Positions 39,263 through 49,022 of a stretch of DNA of 64,000 nucleotides are shown here, piece after piece. This stretch comes from Thermoplasmata archaeon (lineage in GTDB: Archaea; Thermoplasmatota; JASEFT01; JBBABA01): NCBI GenBank assembly GCA_041657955.1, contig JBBABA010000001.1, positions 106,419 through 170,418 on the forward strand, read 5' to 3'. Both the position numbers and the translations under genes were made by a program. The first letter of the stretch is position 1, and every line of letters starts with the position of its first letter. The notes beneath the pieces were generated by a model that was given only the letters and a program-made list of their open reading frames with translations, ran no database searches and was not told the DNA's origin.

Positions 39263-40146
39263 TACCTCTCTTTCTTATGTTTCAACCTTCTTGTGTTATT
39301 ATACCACTCTTCTATTTTACGTAAATTTTCTTTTTCGATAGGATATATGTTCTCTTTTTGAGGGAACTTCCTTTTTCTGACTTCATCGGCATATCTTCCA
39401 ACAGCATCTGTAATATTTTCTCCAATGTCAGCATATCTTTTAATAAATTTTGGAACAAACCACTCAAACATTCCTAGAATGTCATGAATTATAACAAGTG
39501 TACCATCTACTTGATCTCCTGCTCCAATTCCATATACGGGAACAGATAAAGCTTTAGCTATTAACCCAGCAGATTCGGCAGGCATTGCTTCAAGTAACAA
39601 GAATGAAATTCCCGCTTCCTGCAGAGCTAAAGCATCTTCTAGAATCATTTTGAAACTATCCAGTGTTTTCCCCTGCACTCTATAGCCGCCAAAAGAAGCT
39701 GTACTTTGTGGGGTCAACCCTAAATGGCCCATCACAATAATACCCGAATCCACCATTGCTTTAACTCTTGGGGCCATTCCTTTTCCACCTTCAATTTTCA
39801 CAGCGTCACACCCCACTTTTATGAATTTTCCGGCATTGACCACAGCATCCCTATCTGAAGGCTGGTAAGACATATAGGGCATATCTCCGATAACAAAAGA
39901 GAATTCAACTGCTCTACATACGGCTGAGGCCATTGTTATCATTTCATCCATGGTAACCGGATTTGTTGTTTTATAACCGAGAGTTGTCATTCCGCCCGAA
40001 TCTCCCACGAGAATCATGTCAACCCCAGCTCTATCGGCGTACAAGGCAAATGGGTAATCATACGAAGTTATGAATACCGCTTTTTCCCCTTCTTTTTTCA
40101 TTTTTTGCAGATCCAAAAGAGTTTTTTTTCTTCCTTCTTTTTTCAT
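39262..40146 (-). CDS. panB: 3-methyl-2-oxobutanoate hydroxymethyltransferase family
   Basis: TSYDY, DMILVGDS, GDMPYMSY, KIEGG, GHLGLTPQ, GIGAG, PKFIKRY. Confidence 0.92.
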   Translation of the reverse strand: MKKEGRKKTLLDLQKMKKEGEKAVFITSYDYPFALYADRAGVDMILVGDSGGMTTLGYKTTNPVTMDEMITMASAVCRAVEFSFVIGDMPYMSYQPSDRDAVVNAGKFIKVGCDAVKIEGGKGMAPRVKAMVDSGIIVMGHLGLTPQSTASFGGYRVQGKTLDSFKMILEDALALQEAGISFLLLEAMPAESAGLIAKALSVPVYGIGAGDQVDGTLVIIHDILGMFEWFVPKFIKRYADIGENITDAVGRYADEVRKRKFPQKENIYPIEKENLRKIEEWYNNTRRLKHKKER

Positions 40147-40365
40147 GTTTCTTCCCCCCCATGTCCTTCTCATCTGTCACTATCTTTTGTTTGTAACAAT
40201 TTCACACTCAATACTTCCGCTACCTCGATATTCATGCTGCTTCTCACCAAACTTGCAAGGATATTTGTCCAGTTCTATATTAACTTAATTATATTGCCCC
40301 TTATTTCCTGAATGACATAATATACTTTTTCATTGAAATTAACCTCATCTGGTTTTATAATTTGT

Positions 40366-40530
40366 TTACTGTGCGCTTTTGTCACATACTGGGCAGACAT
40401 AATCTATCCCCACCTTTACCAATGCGTCTAACAACGGGGTGACTGTTCCCCCAGGGAAGAGAAATACTCTCTTCACACCAATTGATTTTAAAGTTTTAGC
40501 AATATTTTCAGCACCTAACATTTTCATCAT
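40366..40530 (-). pseudogene. N-terminal fragment of a second ThDP-dependent enzyme
   Basis: MMKMLGAENIAKTLKSIGVKRVFLFPGGTVTPLLDALVKVGIDYV then diverges and stops; 54 aa. Confidence 0.8.
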
Positions 40531-41701
40531 CCACGAATATTCCTGTATCGAAACTTATTATCTTATCATATATTTTTATCTGAGTGATGTGTGGAAAATT
40601 AACCTTAAGATAATCTGAAATCTCTTCCTGACTATCATACGATGAAATAAACACAGGTATATTTTTATTTTTTAGAATCTCTGGACTCTGTACTTCATAT
40701 CCCTCGAACAACATTCCGTGTTTTTTTGGATTGAAGTCGACAATACAATCAATTTTAACATTATTGAGTAATCCAGATTGAAGAAGTTGAGTTGTATGCA
40801 TACCTGCACCATATATAATTATTTTCTTTATGTTGGGATTTATTTTGGATTTAAGATGTTGTATAAACTTCGTTCTTCGATGCTTATACTCCTTCATTAT
40901 ATTTTTATTTATTTCATACTCATTTTTTAAAGTACACTTTTCGACTTTTTCATTTTTCAGTAATATTCTTATAATCGGTATCTCTTGTAATTTCTCAACT
41001 GCTACAACATGTAAACCCAAAATGCTGGCAATATTTCTGAGGGACCCCTCGGTATAATGCATGATATGTTGATTCGAAAAAAAATCAGCGATATTGTTAA
41101 CGAAAGGTCTACTTGTATCTGGAACTTCTATATAAATATATTTATTTGGATTTGTAATTTTAATAGTTGATTTTAAAAAATCAAGTGGATTTTGAATATG
41201 CTCCAGAACGTGTATTATTGTAATTATATCAAATTTTTCGCTAAATGAATTTAAAAAATTTTCATTAAAAAACCCTTTGATTATTCTAATTCCATATTTG
41301 TTCATAGCTTCTTGAACTCCTTCTTCTGAAGGTTCAATACCAAAAACAACGTACCCTCTGCTCCTTGCAATATTTAGGAATCTCCCATCAAAAGCTCCGA
41401 TATCAAATATCGATTTGCAATTTTTTGGGGTATTGTTGTATATGAACTCTAGTTGTGACCTTCTGAAAAAGTCGGATCTCTCACCATACCTCATATCTGA
41501 TTTATAAAAATGTTCTAAGGTTTTATCTGTTGGTCGAGGATTGGTAAAAATCATCCCACAAGTCGTACAGATTGCCTGTTGTGCTGTCCAAATAAATAAT
41601 TTATTTTTACCCCATACTCTATACTCTTTTTTATAAACCACTTCGTAATCCTTGGAACTACATATAGGACAATTTATCTCTCTCGTTTCTATTTCCTCCA
41701 T
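40508..41701 (-). CDS. Class I SAM methyltransferase with N-terminal Zn motif and C-terminal Rossmann-like domain
   Basis: CPIC..CTTCG, FDIGAFDG, HVLEH, IEVPD, YGAGMHT. Confidence 0.85.
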   Translation of the reverse strand: MEEIETREINCPICSSKDYEVVYKKEYRVWGKNKLFIWTAQQAICTTCGMIFTNPRPTDKTLEHFYKSDMRYGERSDFFRRSQLEFIYNNTPKNCKSIFDIGAFDGRFLNIARSRGYVVFGIEPSEEGVQEAMNKYGIRIIKGFFNENFLNSFSEKFDIITIIHVLEHIQNPLDFLKSTIKITNPNKYIYIEVPDTSRPFVNNIADFFSNQHIMHYTEGSLRNIASILGLHVVAVEKLQEIPIIRILLKNEKVEKCTLKNEYEINKNIMKEYKHRRTKFIQHLKSKINPNIKKIIIYGAGMHTTQLLQSGLLNNVKIDCIVDFNPKKHGMLFEGYEVQSPEILKNKNIPVFISSYDSQEEISDYLKVNFPHITQIKIYDKIISFDTGIFVDDENVRC

Positions 41702-41703
41702 TT

Positions 41704-42705
41704 TTACCTACCACCTACAACTATCTGACTCACTCGTTTTGCACCTTTTCCATCAATCAATTCCACTCCATTAGATGAAATTTTCTTTATAAAATCGTTG
41801 CGGTTGGCTATCCCTTCAAACCTTCTTTTAAATGTAGTAAAATCAAGATTTTTATAGTATCCTAATGATACCAGCAGTCCTTTTTGTTCCAACTCGTTAG
41901 CGTATTTAATGTCGTCGTCAATATAACGATTTATTACGACTGGTGGAATACCTAGATACAAAAATTCGAAAACACTCACACCAAAGCCACAGATTACAAA
42001 TTTCCAAGGACCGAGGGTATCGACAATTTTCCAATTAAACTCATGTGCCTCAATGTGGTTACATTCGGAGCAGATATCTCTAATTTCAGATTTAAATTTA
42101 TAATTCTTGCCCATAAGAACTGTAAAATCGAACTTTGGTAACCGTGCCAAATAGTCGATAAAATGTCCCAACATATCGTTTGGGTCACTTCCTCCAAAAG
42201 TAACAACGACTCTGTTTGAATTTACATCGAAAAGAGGTTTCCCCCCCTTTTTGATAATGTTTGGATTCAACAACACATATTCCGGGCCATGAAGCACCGT
42301 GACATGGCGTGGGATTCTCTTAAGCTCGGGCGGCTCATACAAATACGGGAAGACGGCAATATCTGCCTTCTCTACTATCTTGGACGCGTTATCTATAATT
42401 ACCAATTTTGATCCAGTACCTTTTATTCCATCTACCAACTGTTTAGGTATTTCCTTCAAATCCAGAACAACTACATCCGGCGCTTTATCTTTTATTTCAG
42501 ATAGTACATTGTCAACAGGATGTGAGTTAATGATATTTAATCGAATCCATTTCTTTTGAAGTTCTAGCGGGGTATCTGTATAAAAGTATATAGCCGAATC
42601 TGGTTCCAAACAATGAACCTCTTCCGCTATTGACAAACAACGAGAAAAATGACCGAATCCTATCTGTTCGTTGGATAAAAAATAAAAAATGAACGTTCTA
42701 GACAA
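41704..42705 (-). CDS. PseG/SpsG-like UDP-sugar hydrolase (GT-B fold)
   Basis: IGFGHFSRCLSIA, VTFGGSDP, IDGKGAKRV. Confidence 0.8.
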   Translation of the reverse strand: MSRTFIFYFLSNEQIGFGHFSRCLSIAEEVHCLEPDSAIYFYTDTPLELQKKWIRLNIINSHPVDNVLSEIKDKAPDVVVLDLKEIPKQLVDGIKGTGSKLVIIDNASKIVEKADIAVFPYLYEPPELKRIPRHVTVLHGPEYVLLNPNIIKKGGKPLFDVNSNRVVVTFGGSDPNDMLGHFIDYLARLPKFDFTVLMGKNYKFKSEIRDICSECNHIEAHEFNWKIVDTLGPWKFVICGFGVSVFEFLYLGIPPVVINRYIDDDIKYANELEQKGLLVSLGYYKNLDFTTFKRRFEGIANRNDFIKKISSNGVELIDGKGAKRVSQIVVGGR

Positions 42706-42761
42706 CTAGCACCCTCCTTTATGCATATCTCTTTTTCTAGACAAACGATGTCCCCAATATA

Positions 42762-43691
42762 TCAAGGTTTACCCCATAAACTAGGATTAATTATCTTCTC
42801 AGGAGCGCTCCCCAGATTATTTATTTCTTGGATTGTTTCTTTTGCAAGTTTTCCTTTTTTTAATATTCTCAGATTTTCGATTAATTGCTCCGTTTTTTCC
42901 ACACCTATCAAAACGCTATCCAACTCATTGATACTAAGATTATATCTTAATGCTAGCTCTCCTATCGTTATATTATTCTCTTCACATATTGTCAATATCC
43001 TCTGGCGATATAGCCAAAATTCTTTTAGTTTATCTGGAATGTTGTCTTTAAAAAACAATCCTTGTAAAAACACGCTTCTTGCAAGCACAGTAATTCCTTT
43101 TCTTTTTGCTTTTTTAAGAAAACCATTTTCAAGCAGCCTTTTGTCTATGAGGTTGAAAGGCACTTGTATTACTTCAACACCTTCGATATTCAACGCCTTT
43201 TCCGCTTCATCTGGTGCGTATGTTGAAACACCAATCTTTTCTATAATTCCTTCTAATTTTAATCTCTCCAACTCCCTTAGGATAAGGCCATTCTCTTTTA
43301 TGGCATCTTCAAATCTGTGAAACAGATATATGGACAATGTTTTAATCCCAAGGTTTTCTAGAGTTTTTTTGACATTTTTTTTGACGCTATCGACAATAGT
43401 TTCTTTGTTTTTGTCCCAGTTAGTGGGAGGAACCTTTGATATGAATACTAATTTCCCACTGTCAAATTCTTTAAGACACGCCCCCAATATTTTTTCGCTG
43501 TCTCCATATTCGGGCGCGGTATCAAACGTATTTATTCCATTTTCAACTGCGTTTTTGATTATGGACGCGCTCTCTCCAAAACTGGGTTTGCCAGTAATAT
43601 TATTTATACCATAATTCATTCCTAGTTGCGCGGCGCCGAGACACAATCTAGAAATTTGAACGCCTGTTTTTCCTAATTTAGAGTATTCCAT
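42762..43691 (-). CDS. Aldo/keto reductase
   Basis: LCLGAAQLGMNYGINN, FDTAPEYGDSE, IGVSTY, ARSVFLQG. Confidence 0.9.
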   Translation of the reverse strand: MEYSKLGKTGVQISRLCLGAAQLGMNYGINNITGKPSFGESASIIKNAVENGINTFDTAPEYGDSEKILGACLKEFDSGKLVFISKVPPTNWDKNKETIVDSVKKNVKKTLENLGIKTLSIYLFHRFEDAIKENGLILRELERLKLEGIIEKIGVSTYAPDEAEKALNIEGVEVIQVPFNLIDKRLLENGFLKKAKRKGITVLARSVFLQGLFFKDNIPDKLKEFWLYRQRILTICEENNITIGELALRYNLSINELDSVLIGVEKTEQLIENLRILKKGKLAKETIQEINNLGSAPEKIINPSLWGKP

Positions 43692-43713
43692 AATCCTTTG
43701 CTCACAATCATAA

Positions 43714-45027
43714 TCAGTCTTTTGTTAGGCGATAAAATCCCCTTCGCGCTATTGGTCCTTTAAGCATCTTCTCTACATAGTTCTTCTCGATAGCCTCAGC
43801 AATCCCAAAGAATACCTCTTTTGTCTCTTTTAAATATTTTTTGATGTGGACATCTTTATGTGCATAAGAAGATTTGAACTGGTTCCAAGCCAGAAAGCCT
43901 CTTTTCAACATCTCCTGGGTGAATAGTGTGGATATTGCTAAATCATTTTCATACTTGAAAGAAAAATGGCTTAACGGTGGAATCCCCTCGATACCTATTT
44001 TCAAACCAGTTTCATCAGCAATCTCTTTCCAACCCTTTTGAATTTTTTCGCCAACATCTATAAGGTGCTCTGCTACTTTTTCTTGTTTAAACTTCTTGAT
44101 TGTTGCCAATGCTGCAACGGGTCCTATCCGCTCTGACCAGTTTGTACTGCTGATAAATGTAGACTGTGCCGCTTCCATTATCTCTTCCTTGCCTATTACC
44201 GCAGCCATGGGATATCCATTCGCCATAGCCTTTGCGAAAACCGCCATATCTGGATTGACCCCTAATCGCAAATGAATTCCACCCGTGTTCATTCTAAAGC
44301 AAGAAGTGATTTCATCGAAGATCAAAACCGCACCCGTAGATGAAGCGATTTTTCTAATAGACTCTAAAAAGCCGCTCTTCGGGGTAGCTTCTCTTAAAGG
44401 CTCCATTATTATTGCCGCTAGTTCTTTCTCATTTTCGGAAACTATTCTTTCAAGCTCTTCTATTTTATTATAATGAAATGGTAGTGCAGTACCCTTTAAA
44501 CTGCGAGGTACGCCTGCAGGCTCTAATCCTGGCATAAGCTGACCATCTAAGGCATTGTTCTCTCCTAGGTTTGCAGCCAGATACCAGTCACACCAACCAT
44601 GATATCCACAAAAGGCAACCTTATCCCTCCCAGTTGCAGCCCTAGCTATCCTTATTGCCATGGATGCCGACTCACCACCAGATCGTGCGTAGCGTACCAT
44701 TTCCGCCCATGGGTGAAGTTTACACAACAGTTCAGCCAGTTCTACTTCCTCTGGGCAATTTAGCGTCGAAGCAATTCCATTATCAATAGCTTTCTTAACG
44801 GCATTGTCTACATCTCGGTCCGCATACCCGAGAATACACGCACCTATACCCATTATGCTCATGTCTATGTACTCGTTTCCATCTAAGTCTACAACATTTA
44901 CTCCCTTTGCTTTTTTATAGTATGCTGGCCATAATTCCGGTAAAAACATTTCAGAACGCTTTGAAAGCAGTTGAGTGCCACCGGGAATAAGCCTGCGCGC
45001 CTTCCTATAAAGTTTCTGACCCTTCAT
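43714..45027 (-). CDS. Class III PLP aminotransferase (GSA-aminomutase-like)
   Basis: IPGGTQLLSKR, GYHGW, IFDEITSCFR, FAKAMANGYP; start set at 45027. Confidence 0.9.
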   Translation of the reverse strand: MKGQKLYRKARRLIPGGTQLLSKRSEMFLPELWPAYYKKAKGVNVVDLDGNEYIDMSIMGIGACILGYADRDVDNAVKKAIDNGIASTLNCPEEVELAELLCKLHPWAEMVRYARSGGESASMAIRIARAATGRDKVAFCGYHGWCDWYLAANLGENNALDGQLMPGLEPAGVPRSLKGTALPFHYNKIEELERIVSENEKELAAIIMEPLREATPKSGFLESIRKIASSTGAVLIFDEITSCFRMNTGGIHLRLGVNPDMAVFAKAMANGYPMAAVIGKEEIMEAAQSTFISSTNWSERIGPVAALATIKKFKQEKVAEHLIDVGEKIQKGWKEIADETGLKIGIEGIPPLSHFSFKYENDLAISTLFTQEMLKRGFLAWNQFKSSYAHKDVHIKKYLKETKEVFFGIAEAIEKNYVEKMLKGPIARRGFYRLTKD

Positions 45028-45809
45028 GACTTCTCCTCCCAAAATTTCTCATAGCCCTCTTCACCTATAAAATGAACGTTCTTCTTCAGTAATTTTGGAT
45101 TTTTTTTGAAGAAATTAAGCACATCTTTCATATCGAAATCTGGTTTTTTGGGATACAATTCAGCGTATATCGTACTTACAACCTCAAAATCTTCCTGGTT
45201 ATCTACTGTCCATCTCATTTTCGAATAGTCAACATCGCTCTTGTAAGAACTAACTTTGAATCTTTCAGGCCTCTTCCAGATAAACGGGGTCACGTGTTCT
45301 CTTTCCAGTTGTTCTTTTGCCTCTCTCCATGCGGTTTCAAGCACGGAAAAGCTGAAGACCTCTGCGTCAAGGCCATCCGGATAGCGGCAACCGTCAAATT
45401 TTTTATCAGCGACTCCTGCGCCCGTGGCAACACCGATAAAGTCATAATTTTTCGATCTTAAAAATAAGGTCAGAACCTTGTCTATTAATGTGGGATCGAC
45501 CAGAGGGCAGTCTGCTGTAATTCTAATCACAACATCCGCCTTATGCTCTTTTGCCGCTTTGTAGAACCTATCCAAAACATCGTTCTCGCTACCAGAAAAG
45601 CAACTAATCTTGTTTTCTTCGCATATTTTTCGTATAGAATCATTAATCCTCTCTTCAGAGGTGGCCACAACCACTTCGTTAATTTTCTTTACTTTCCTCA
45701 ATCTTTCTACTATATGCACCAGCATGGGCTTGCCGAGAATGGGTTTTAAAACCTTGCCTGGCAGACGGGTGGAGCTCATTCTTGCCTGTATGATTGCAAC
45801 AACCTTCAT
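45024..45809 (-). CDS. SpsF/PseF-like cytidylyltransferase
   Basis: IIQARMSSTRLPGKVL, GSENDVLDRF, RITADCP, REHVTP, RWTVD. Confidence 0.9.
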   Translation of the reverse strand: MKVVAIIQARMSSTRLPGKVLKPILGKPMLVHIVERLRKVKKINEVVVATSEERINDSIRKICEENKISCFSGSENDVLDRFYKAAKEHKADVVIRITADCPLVDPTLIDKVLTLFLRSKNYDFIGVATGAGVADKKFDGCRYPDGLDAEVFSFSVLETAWREAKEQLEREHVTPFIWKRPERFKVSSYKSDVDYSKMRWTVDNQEDFEVVSTIYAELYPKKPDFDMKDVLNFFKKNPKLLKKNVHFIGEEGYEKFWEEKS

Positions 45810-46825
45810 TTCGAGACCTTCTTGTATGTAATGAACTCTCCTTTTTTAATTTCAGACGTCGTCTTTTTTCCGATCAGATTATAAACCTCTTTCGGTGGCA
45901 ACGAACCTTCCGGCGATGGCCTTACAACCATCAACATATCCTTGGTTATGGTTGTTCCTTTTGGGATTTCGCATTTGGCATATATCGCCCTTCTCCATGC
46001 TCTTTCGGTAAGTTCATGCTCAGATGGTCGAACTTCCTTAGCCCTCTTCATTTTTTCTACATCCCTTATCCCTGTTATCATTTGTTTTAACTCGTTTGGA
46101 TTTAGCGCGTAGGAATGATCAGGTCCAGGAAGCGATTTGTCTATGGTAAAATGTTTCTCTATTACGTTTGCGCCCATTGCAACCGCGGCTATCGACGCAT
46201 AAATCGTTGATGTATGATCTGAAAAACCCACTGGGACTCCAAAAACCCGTTTTAAAGCCAGCAACGAATTCAGATTAACATCATCCGTTTTAGCCGGGTA
46301 TTGGGAAACACAGTAAAGGAGAACGATTTGTTTGTTCCCTGTTGCGTACACACACTTAACAGTCTCTCTAATTTCATCCTCGTAAGCCATACCCGTCGAA
46401 ATTATGACGGGTTTATTTTTCTTTGCGATATGCTCAACAAGGGGGAGGTGTGATAGTTCATAGGATGCAATCTTATATGCAGTTACTCCTAAGGACTCTA
46501 ATAAATCAGCACTTTCTTCATCAAAAGCCGTAGAGAGGAAGATTAAACCTTTTTTATTTGCATATTCAAAAAGTTCTTTGTGCCACTCCTTACGAAGTGC
46601 CATCTTATTCAGTTTGTCAACAATCTCCTTATTCCTCACTTCATTAAACAATCTCTCGGCTATCCACGTTTGAAATTTTATGGCGTCTGCACCAGATTCA
46701 GCTGCGATATCGATTAGTTTCTTTGCTTGTTCCAATTTACCATCATGATTTGAGCCAACTTCAGCAATGACGAACGTCGGATTTCCTTCGCCGATCAGTT
46801 TATTGCCGATCCTTATATCCTTTAT
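45806..46825 (-). CDS. Nonulosonic acid synthase (PseI/NeuB family, with SAF domain), apparent ATA start
   Basis: The frame extends to IKDIRIGNKLIGEGNPTFVIAEVGSNHDG; also ADAIKFQT, KIAS, GFSDHT, IEKHFT..GPDH. Confidence 0.9.
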   Translation of the reverse strand: MKDIRIGNKLIGEGNPTFVIAEVGSNHDGKLEQAKKLIDIAAESGADAIKFQTWIAERLFNEVRNKEIVDKLNKMALRKEWHKELFEYANKKGLIFLSTAFDEESADLLESLGVTAYKIASYELSHLPLVEHIAKKNKPVIISTGMAYEDEIRETVKCVYATGNKQIVLLYCVSQYPAKTDDVNLNSLLALKRVFGVPVGFSDHTSTIYASIAAVAMGANVIEKHFTIDKSLPGPDHSYALNPNELKQMITGIRDVEKMKRAKEVRPSEHELTERAWRRAIYAKCEIPKGTTITKDMLMVVRPSPEGSLPPKEVYNLIGKKTTSEIKKGEFITYKKVSK

Positions 46826-46837
46826 ACAAACCCCTCC

Positions 46838-48052
46838 TTATCCGATTATGTTAGTTACTGCCCGTATAACACTTTCCACGTCGTTATCCGCCATCTTTGG
46901 ATAAAGTGGTAAACTCAAAGCTTGTTGATAAAATGTCATGGTATTCGGAAAGTCGCTATCAACATACCCAAAACGGCTTCGATAATATGGTTGTAGATGT
47001 ACTGGAATATAATGTACCTGTGAGCCAACCCCCCGTTCTTTTAATTCGCTCATTACTTGAGCGCGGCTCTTTCCAATATTTCTAAAATCTATCCTGATTA
47101 CATACAGGTGGTAAGATGATTTTGCACCATCTTTCTCAATGGGTACGATTACATTCTTCAGTTTTTTAAAGGCCGCATTATATCGGCTTACAATCCAACG
47201 GCGGCGCTCGACAAATAGATCTAACTTCTTCAGTTGGGTTATTCCAAGAGCACATTGAAAATCAGTCATGCGATAATTATAGCCTAGCTCCTGCATTTCA
47301 TAATACCAAGGATTAACCTCAACCTTTTTGGTTTTTGGATTGAGGGAAAAGGCCAGATCTTTGTTTATGAATCTGTTGGAATCTTTAGTAATTCCATGCG
47401 TCCTAAAGAGGAGTAGTTTTTGATAAAACTTCTCATTATTGGTCAGAACCATTCCGCCTTCACCAGTAGTTATGTGTTTAACGGGATGGAAACTAAGTAC
47501 TGTCATATCTGCAATGCTTCCTATCTTCCTCTCTTTGTATTCTGCACCCAAAGCATGGGCAGCATCTTCAATTACACATAAATTATTCTTCTTAGCAATT
47601 CTCATTATTTCGTCCAATTCACACGGATGGCCAGCAAAATCAACAGGTATTATCGCCTTCGTTTTTGTGGTTATATTTCTTTTAATTTCGGCGGTATCTA
47701 TAGTGTATGTACCTAATTCTATATCTGCAAAGACAGGTTTGCCGCCTACGTAGAGGACACTGTTTGACGATGCTACGAACGTCAGGGGTGAAGTTATTAC
47801 CTCGTCGCCTTCCGATATGCCTGCAGCAAAACAGGCAGTGTGCAGCGCAGCAGTGCCGCTAGAAACCGCTACAGCGTATTTTGCACCAACATAGTTCGCT
47901 ACCAAACCCTCGAACTCACTTACTTTCGGGCCCTGGGTTATAAAATCACTTTTTAAGGTCCGTAACACCTCATTAATATCATCATCACTAATCCATTGTT
48001 GCCCGTAGGGTAGTGTTTTTTTAACAGTCGTATGGTTTGTCGATTTTTTCAT
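46838..48052 (-). CDS. pseC: UDP-4-keto-6-deoxy-HexNAc aminotransferase (PseC)
   Basis: LPYGQQWI, ITQGPKV, SFHPVKHITTGEGG, WYYEMQELGYNYRMTD; SD GGTGA before ATG 48052. Confidence 0.88.
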   Translation of the reverse strand: MKKSTNHTTVKKTLPYGQQWISDDDINEVLRTLKSDFITQGPKVSEFEGLVANYVGAKYAVAVSSGTAALHTACFAAGISEGDEVITSPLTFVASSNSVLYVGGKPVFADIELGTYTIDTAEIKRNITTKTKAIIPVDFAGHPCELDEIMRIAKKNNLCVIEDAAHALGAEYKERKIGSIADMTVLSFHPVKHITTGEGGMVLTNNEKFYQKLLLFRTHGITKDSNRFINKDLAFSLNPKTKKVEVNPWYYEMQELGYNYRMTDFQCALGITQLKKLDLFVERRRWIVSRYNAAFKKLKNVIVPIEKDGAKSSYHLYVIRIDFRNIGKSRAQVMSELKERGVGSQVHYIPVHLQPYYRSRFGYVDSDFPNTMTFYQQALSLPLYPKMADNDVESVIRAVTNIIG

Positions 48053-48074
48053 AAGTATCACCAATTTCACAATT

Positions 48075-49022
48075 CTATGTCAAGTTGGGATTGTTCCTTA
48101 TCCATGTTTCTGTTAGTTTAGTACCTTCCTCTAAAGACGTTTTCGGCACCCAGCTCAACAGCTCTTTTGCTTTGGAGCAGTTGCATAATAATTTTTGAAT
48201 CTCGCTTTGGGGGTGTATGTGTTTGACGTGCTTAATCCTCGATTTATCATTTACTATCAACATCGCCAGATCGTTAATAGAAATATCCTTTCCCATACCC
48301 GCGTTTATTATTTCGCCATTTACTTTATCACTATAACCAGCACCTACCACAAACCTTGCACAGTCCTCAACATACATCAAATCTCTTGTTTGTGTTCCGT
48401 CGCCATATATATTCAATGTTTGATTGTTTAAATTTCTTTTAATAAATATTGCTACCACACCGCCTTCTCCAGTAGTTTTTTGAAACGGCCCATATACATT
48501 AAACGGCCTTAGGACAACTACTGGCAACTTATATGCAAACCAGTACGATCGCACCACATTCTCTCCCGCAATCTTTGAACCTGCATATGGCGATGCGGGT
48601 TTTGTTGGGTGATTTTCATCTATCCCAGACTCATCCTTTGACCGATCATAAACCATACATGTGCTCATGAATACCATTTTTGTATCATACGTTCTGCAAT
48701 GTTCCAATACATTAAAAGTGCCTATAACGTCATTGTTAAATGTTGTTTGTGGATCGTCAATGCTATCTTGTACGTTTATCTTGGCGGCTAGATGATAACA
48801 GATGTCCAATTCGTTTTTGAATAGCTTTTTTATCGTTTTTTTATCATTTATGTTTCCTTTTGTTAAACCTTTAAAATTTGGTATTTTGTCAAAATCGGAA
48901 ACATTGCTAATCCTACCATTCGACAGGTCGTCCAATGCCCATACGTAATGCCCCTCATCTAATAGGTATTTAACTACCCATCTCCCTATAAACCCAGCAC
49001 TACCGGTTACCAGTATATTCAT
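48075..49022 (-). CDS. NAD-dependent epimerase/dehydratase
   Basis: VTGSAGFIG, INVQDSIDDP, STCMVY, YAGSK, GEGGVV. Confidence 0.9.
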   Translation of the reverse strand: MNILVTGSAGFIGRWVVKYLLDEGHYVWALDDLSNGRISNVSDFDKIPNFKGLTKGNINDKKTIKKLFKNELDICYHLAAKINVQDSIDDPQTTFNNDVIGTFNVLEHCRTYDTKMVFMSTCMVYDRSKDESGIDENHPTKPASPYAGSKIAGENVVRSYWFAYKLPVVVLRPFNVYGPFQKTTGEGGVVAIFIKRNLNNQTLNIYGDGTQTRDLMYVEDCARFVVGAGYSDKVNGEIINAGMGKDISINDLAMLIVNDKSRIKHVKHIHPQSEIQKLLCNCSKAKELLSWVPKTSLEEGTKLTETWIRNNPNLT

